Below the pieces are notes generated by a model, which worked only from the letters and a program-made list of their open reading frames with translations, did no database searches and was not told where the DNA came from. From assembly GCA_964234715.1 (NCBI GenBank), contig OZ174282.1: a DNA stretch of 64,000 nt; one strand, given 5' to 3'. Within the stretch, counting starts at the first letter, position 1. Each line of letters begins with the position of its first letter. A program made the position numbers and the translations under genes. This DNA comes from Podarcis melisellensis (taxonomy: Eukaryota). Positions 57,101-64,000 of this stretch are shown one piece after another.

Positions 57101-59779
57101 CCTAGGAGTCTCCAATATACCTGGCACCAGGCTTTTCCTCTATTACTTATGCAGGCAGTGACCATTTTGCACACGTCCATATTGACGTACCCACACCGGC
57201 AAGGGCAGGGCAGGCTGACGTATGACCGCTGACGTGCAAATGACCCAGAACACAACCCCCGAGCAAATGGGGAGCTTCCTGTACCAATATGACTCCAATT
57301 CAATGTTTTCAGGATTGGGTCCAAGAAGCTTTCGAATATGAGAATAATAAACAAAGAGCATAGCTTGGAGGAAGGGCATCCGCTGTGCATGCAGAAGGTC
57401 CCAGTTTCAATCCCCACTAGAGCTGGGAATGTCCTATGTCAGAAACCCTGGAGAGCTGCTGCCAGTCAGTATAGACAACACTGAGCAGTATAGACAACAC
57501 AAGGGTCTGACTCAGTCTGAGGCAGCTTTCCATATTCCTACTACTAGCAGTGTTTGCTCTTTTGGCTTAGCTATCTAACGCCAAATAAAAGCTCTTTGAT
57601 TTAGCTTTTGGGAAGCAACCAATATTTACAGGCACCTGCCCTATTTTACTTTCTAACTGGACTAGAAGCTTATTAAAATGCGAAGCAAGTTCAGCATATG
57701 CAAGCTCAGCAGCTGATCACTTCGGAAAGGCTTTGGCCACCACTGGTAAGTAATTGAAAGGAACTTTCAAACAAGAAACTGGTTAAACTCTTTCATTTTG
57801 AAGAGATAAATTCGGGAGCAAAAATGCTCTTCACATTTCGTTCTGTAATCACTAAAACTTTCTCGGCTTTCACAGTAGTTCACTTATTTGTCACAGATAC
57901 ACACAAGCTGCTTTTTGCTAGGCTTTCCTAATTGCATGAATCTAACCATAATTACAGGTTTGGCCTCCTTGTACATTGCACCAATATACCTTTTGAAATG
58001 ATTTATGAATAAATAGTTCCCCAAAGACAGGATCAGCGCAGAAGAAACCCTTCCAGTTTAACAGCCTTGTGATTCAGGTTACTACAAGCCCAACAACACA
58101 TCTGCCTAATATGAACATCACTAAGTTGTGCCATCTCAGAGATGATCTGGTTGCTTGCTTAGCATCCCAAGCTACTTCCCCATGCCAAATGCCAAGCTCG
58201 ACTAGAACCTTATTCTCCATGAATTCGTCTAATCCCCTTTTAAAGCACTCCAAACCGGCGGCCATATCTACATCTTGTGGTAGCAAGTTCCAGTTTAACT
58301 ACACACTGTGTGAAGCACATAGTTCTGTTTGTTTTGAATTTTCCTACTATTCTGCTTCAATGGATGAGAGAGAGAGAGAGAGAAGCATTTCTCTTTCTAC
58401 TTTCTCCAGACCATGCATAATTTTATCCACCTGTATCATGTGTCTTCCCCCACACACACCCCTGACTTGATTTTCCCCTAAGCTAAAAAGACCTGAACTT
58501 TGTAGCTGCTTTTCATAAGACAGAATGAAAATAAACAGGGCAGCAAAACTACGCCAGAGAGAGAGAGAGAGAGAGAGCGTACCAGGTGACAAATCAGTCC
58601 AATCCAAAGGCCAGATGAAATAAGATAGCCTTAGTGGTCCAGTCACAGGCAAACAGCATAGGGGCCACACAAACATTCCTTGGGACAGGGGCACAATCTC
58701 AGTCCCAATGTCAAAGTGGCTGTGTCCTGTGCAGTCACATTTACAAATTCTTCCTCTCTACTTTAAAAACACACAAAAAAATTCTATTCAACTTGAAAAA
58801 GATCTCCTGGTCACCCCGGTAAAACAAGACAAAGGTGTTTTGCTTACTTAAATTAACCCCAGAGCCAAATACAGAAATCTGATGCCTAACCCAATTTAAT
58901 GAGGATCAGTCAAGCATGCTGGCAATGCGGGGGAGGACAACAAAGATCCTGCATAATGTGGGTCCAGCCCTACCGACACAATGAAATAACAGCTGCTTAC
59001 AATGGAAAGGCCATTCTGCAGAGCGGGATGGGAGGGGGTGTGGAAACTGGCAAGTGGTGATAACAGGGACTGAAAAACAGGTAGGTGCAGCACTCCAGCA
59101 TTATGAAAGAAACAGCTGCAAAAACGTTATCCTTCTCCAGATATGATCTTTTACACTTCCTGAGATACTTGGCTTTTCTCTGGAAACAACCCCCCCCACC
59201 TCACACTTTCAATTCTACAAGAACAAGATGCACACATTTGGTTTCAAGAGGTTAGCAAACTCTCTTTGTGTGGGCTTTCTAGACTTTGCTCCAGCTTGCA
59301 AGTATAGGCAGCCTGTGGTTGAAGTGAATAAGCAGTTAACTTCTGAATCCTGTAGTGATCAGACTATTATTTACGCACACAAACACACACTGAATGTATG
59401 AAGCTGGTATTTGGGAGGGGTTTTCATTTTTATCTTCACAAGCTCCCCTACCAAAATTTTAAATGTAAGAACTAGAAATCATAGGCAAACACATAGCAGG
59501 TATGGAGTCCCACAAAAAGTTGCTAGAAAGAGAGAAGCAATTGAGTTTGAAAGCAAGAGCAATTGGGGGCATTTCAAGTTGTCAGGCATCAGTATGTTGC
59601 GCAGAAGGCTAAAAATTGAAGCTTGATCTCACCTCCTCAGTCATGAACTCCCAAGGCAGTCTTGTGCAAGCTACTATCTTTCAGCACCCTAGCTCACCCC
59701 CATCTGTCGCACGGGGCAAAAAACACAGGAAGTTGCCTTATACTGTAGCTTACATACAATGGATGGATAGATTAACACC

Positions 59780-60274
59780 CAGGTTTTTGCAGTTATATCA
59801 AAAATTACTGATTTGGTTATACTATTAAAAATGCATACAGATAATTATGAAATTATTCTGAGGTTAACTGTTTATATTTAGACAAGTTTTCTGCTGTACT
59901 TTGTTGGAAGGAGAAAAACAATCATTTCCTTAATAAAAATTTAAACAATTTATTTAACTAAAACAATAACATTATAGCATATGTATCCATGTTTGTTAAC
60001 TGATGTGGTTAAATGGTGTGTTTTTTTAAAAAAAACTTAGACTGAGTTTTAGCACACATGAAAAACTTAAAACAAATCCTTATTTCCTGATGAATAGCCT
60101 TTGGACTACGTATAATGTAACTTAAACAGAAAACTATCTTTAGAAAGATTTTTCCTCCAAAAGTATTTTATTTTAAAAATCCAATTTAAAATTTTAAAAA
60201 ATCTGATTTAATTTTTTAAAAATCTGATTATTATTATTATTATTATTTTAAATCATTGATTTTTATCCACCCTG
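59780..60274. mobile_element. AT-rich hAT-type DNA transposon fragment
   Basis: Right end gatttttatccaccctg with tttaaaaatc subterminal repeats. Confidence 0.55.
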
Positions 60275-60514
60275 ATATTACCTGGGGTAACTTGCACAAG
60301 CATGTTGCCCTGTGGAGCAGCCTCACTGCAGCTGCTTTTTCAAATGGTCCCTGAACTACTGGGTTGTCTGCATGAATCAAGTCTTAGCAACATTTGTGGG
60401 ACCAGCTACCATCAGTCACCATATCCAGGTTTAAAAATATAATCAAATGAATATTGATTCAGTCACCAAGTGTATCCATACTTCAAATGTGGCAAGTAAG
60501 AAGAGAGTCTAAGT

Positions 60515-60644
60515 CGGGCTTCGTCAACCTCGGTCCTCCAGATGTTTTTGGCCTACAACTCCCATGATCCCTAGCTAGCAGTGGTCAGGGATGATGGGAA
60601 CTGTAGTCTCAAAACATCTGGAGGGCCGAGGTTGAGGAAGCCTG
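60515..60644. mobile_element. URR1-like hAT MITE (representative of over a dozen degenerate copies)
   Basis: Palindromic; ctccagatg...actacaactccca / tgggaactgtagt...catctggag; TSD gtctaagt / gtctaaga. Related copies near 7295, 8235, 11575, 16340, 19575, 20795, 23605, 28643, 54865, 55065, 56570 and 63157. Confidence 0.88.
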
Positions 60645-61691
60645 GTCTAAGATCGCATATATGGCAACAGTAATAGCTTGGTGGATAAGCTTCTGAACTT
60701 CCATGGTAATTGATGGAGAACCATATCATCTTACTGGAAGGAACAGCAAAGAGACAGAGGAAGAAATGTTTAAATGTCAGTGAAAATTAGCTCATCATCC
60801 ATCCATACAAAGCTACGAGTTAATGCAGGGAGAGCCTTTTTGGTTCAGAGAATACGCTAGCACACTGCTGTTTTGCACTAGTACAGTACAGCTTGCTTCC
60901 AATTTCAGCTAGTGCTGGGTGAGCAAATTTCCAGATAGAGAAATAATCCCAAACTTATTTCAAAACAGAAAAACACTCCTTTTTGGTGGAGAAAAAGAAA
61001 AAAGCCCTGTACTCAAATCAATAGCCATTTTGAACAAATTTCCTCACCTTGAAAGCTTTAGTCTGAATTTCAGCAACAGGTTTTTGCTGTAGTAGTAGGA
61101 GAGGTCCAAACAAGCTATCAGCAGTGACAAACTATAGGGTAAGGAACATGACTAGAGTACCATGTCAGGGTGCATGGATACAGGTGTGTTTGCAGAGCAC
61201 AGGGACTCTTCACCATGGAGAAAGGCTGCCCGCAACTTTGGAGGCCCAATGCCCAAAACAGAATTAAGAATCTGCAGATAACATTGAGCACTAAATGTCA
61301 TGTATCTGTAGAACTGAAGGAGAGAGTCGTCCTTAAGTATGATCATCCTTATTTTTTTATTTTATGTAGATGTTCTGATGTAGCATCCGATGGCAAGCAT
61401 TGGAGCAAATTCCTAGGCTTTAAACAGTGAATGGGAAAACAAGTGTCAGAGGGGAAGGCTTCACTTACGTCAAAGGTGCAGGCCATTTTAAAGGTTTGTT
61501 TAAGACTTTCAGCAGATGTATTTTTTTTAAAAAAAAAACCTCCCAAAAATTACTCTCCCAAGATAGAGGTTAACACTCTATTCCAAGATTCACAGAATTG
61601 TAGAGTTGGGACACCCTGAAGATCATCTAGCCCAGCTCCCTTGCAATGCAGGAATATGCAGTTGTCCAATACAGGGATTAAACCTGCATGG

Positions 61692-62106
61692 CAAAAATAG
61701 TAGGAAGGGGGGAGCGAATGGCTGCCCTCCGTTGCCCCCTCCACTGGAGCCATATAGCCAGGGGCTAAGGAAGCCTCTCCGGCACCCACTGGCAGAGGAA
61801 GAGGAGTGTGTGGGGAGCACAGCGCGATCCTGGTGGGGTGCCATTGTGACTGCCCCCCTGCCCATGCTGGGCACCACAACCCCAGGATGTTGTCACGCCC
61901 CTGTGGGCGGTGTGCCACACCCCCGGGACACGCGCCAGCCCCATCCCCCCTGCTCTCCGCTCCCCAGTGCCGGAGCATGAAGCTCCGCCACTGTCAGCAC
62001 CCAGGGCATGGACGGGCGCCACAGGGATGCAGCGGGCCATCTTGTTACCCCCCCCGGGTGGCACGTGGGGTGAGCCGCCCGCCCACCCCCTCTTCATATG
62101 CCCCTG
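61692..62106. mobile_element. GC-rich hAT-like non-autonomous element inserted in a CR1/SINE remnant
   Basis: Right end cccccctcttcatatgcccctg; degraded left end gtaggaagggggg; CpG-rich interior. Confidence 0.5.
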
Positions 62107-62182
62107 CATACAGCACCCATTGCAAACAGCAGAGGGGGAGATCTGATTATCTCAGATTTATAACAGAGGATTCTTCTATGTA

Positions 62183-62429
62183 CAGTGGTACCTTGGGTTA
62201 AGAACTTAATTCATTCTGGAGGTCCATTCTTAACCTGAAACTGTTCTTAACCTGAAGTACCACTTTAGTTAATGGGGCCTCCCGCTGCCACCACTGTGCA
62301 ATGTTCTCATTCTGAAGCAAAGTTCTTAACCCAAGGTACCACTGTACATAGAAGAATCCTCTGTTATAAATCTACTTCTGGGTTAGCGGAGTCTGTAACC
62401 TGAAGTGTCTGCAACCCGAGGTACCACTG
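62183..62429. mobile_element. Tigger-like MITE with an internal inverted duplication
   Basis: Same family as 47916; rearranged (see findings). Confidence 0.88.
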
Positions 62430-64000
62430 TATTCTTATTTTGAACTGCATTGTTAAATTGTTTTATACAAGTTTAAGTTTTGCTTGTCACCTAGAACATA
62501 TGAATTTAAAATAAATGAATAATGCCAGGTTATCAAGGTGAAGACATGTGCTCAGCCCACTAGAAGCGCCTTTCTGTGAACATGGTGAGCTACGAGACAC
62601 TTGCCAGAAGTACACAAGCCCCTTACTGTGCCTCTGCTGCAGCAACAGTCCCAGAAGACAAATAACTGAAGAATGAGACCAAAGGAAGGGCCACTGTGAG
62701 TTTAGTCCTTATACGTGAACCACCGCCGCCCACATAAAATAGGGTGGTGATATTGCTACACACACGAGAACAGTAAACGAACATGAAATAAATTTGGAGC
62801 TAACGGAAATAGCTTCCCACACAGCACCATTCGAAACTGCTGAAATGCACAGTTGACTCCCACTGGCCTGATGCCCTTTTGAGAGAGATGTTGTACCTCA
62901 CTTACAGTGTTTCAGCAATTTGCTAAGTCAGTGTTTTTTATGCCAATTACAAGGATAGATATAAGGAAGAAAAATTACTTAGGTCCCCCCCCACCCAGCT
63001 CACTAAAACATTAAATATGAAGCAGAGCTACACTTAAGTTTAAGACAACACCAAACCACCTTGTCAAGTGTCAAATTTCTATTGTTTCATAAAGAATGGA
63101 ACACAGAGCAATTTCACATGTAATTTCAGTAAAAAGCCCATGGAAGCCCTTTACACCAGGGATAGGGAACCTGTGGCCTTTCAGGTGTTGTTAGACTACA
63201 GTTCCCATCATCCTGGACCACTGGCTATGCTGGCTGGGGCTCATGAGAGTTTGGGGTCCAACAACACTGGGAGGGCCATATAGGTTCCTCAGCCCTGCTT
63301 TGCCTCATGGGTAGAGAAGTGGCAGCCCTTTAGATGTTGTTGGGCTATGACTCCTATAATGTATTTTTTTACTCACTAAATTTATATTCCACCCATCAAC
63401 CCAACTTTTATAACAAGATTTATCCCGTATCAGCTTGTCCATACACTGAAGATCCTTCTGAGAGGCCCTGCACTTTGTGACCCCACCACCACCCATATCA
63501 TAGATTATCATGCTGGTCAGAGTCTTTTCAACACTGGCATGAAAACTGGAGCTTCCTTCCAAATGAGGTCCATCTCATTCCATCTTCATCAGTCTACAGC
63601 TATTACATGGAGGGGTTTCCCTGCCTTTTAGAGTTAATTGCTGAATGACTGACATTGCTATAATTCTATTGTCTATTTTGTGGTTGCTGTTGCTGAGATG
63701 TGCCTTGTATTTTAGCCATGATGCTTTAAAACAATATACTAAAACAATCAGCATTTTCATAGTTGCTTCATGGAACCACAAATTGAAAGGATGTGGAAAA
63801 AATATTTTAACAAACAACTGTAAACAAAAAAGTTCTCATGAATGAATGCTGACGTTATACCTTTGCACTGAGATAGCCGATATAGTGCCTTCTAGATGAT
63901 GTCTGACTCCCATTTCCATCAACTTCTGTCAGCATTGCCAATGGTAAAAAATGAAGGGAGTTGGAATCCAACACTAGGAAGGCACAACAATGACTATTCC

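Overview
This is vertebrate genomic DNA from a squamate reptile. The Sauria/Squam SINE, CR1/L2 and MITE content suggests a lacertid lizard. The window is dominated by PHACTR4 on the minus strand. I reconstructed 13 coding exons from 46514 down to 9523, all with GT-AG junctions and consistent phases, giving 2145 nt / 714 aa. The protein starts with the MGQ-type first exon and ends in the RPEL and PP1-binding C-terminus (...FTRFHRP*), followed by a probable ~2.4 kb 3' UTR. Convergent with it on the plus strand (about 2115-5421) is a multi-exon maestro/HEAT-repeat (MROH-like) gene remnant: its 3' exons are intact and in phase, but its 5' exons carry stops. One of its introns contains an orphan cytochrome P450 CYP2 I-helix exon fragment, with its splice donor, attached to a LINE tail. 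The rest is intronic DNA dense in hAT and Tc1/mariner MITEs, SINEs and LINE fragments, some nested or rearranged. I found no clearly new multi-gene system. The best leads are the MROH-like remnant, the CYP2 fragment, a tandem donor that could remove the PP1-binding FHRP tail, and several long inverted repeats. Most ORFs in the supplied track are spurious. All family assignments come from recalled sequence knowledge, not database searches.
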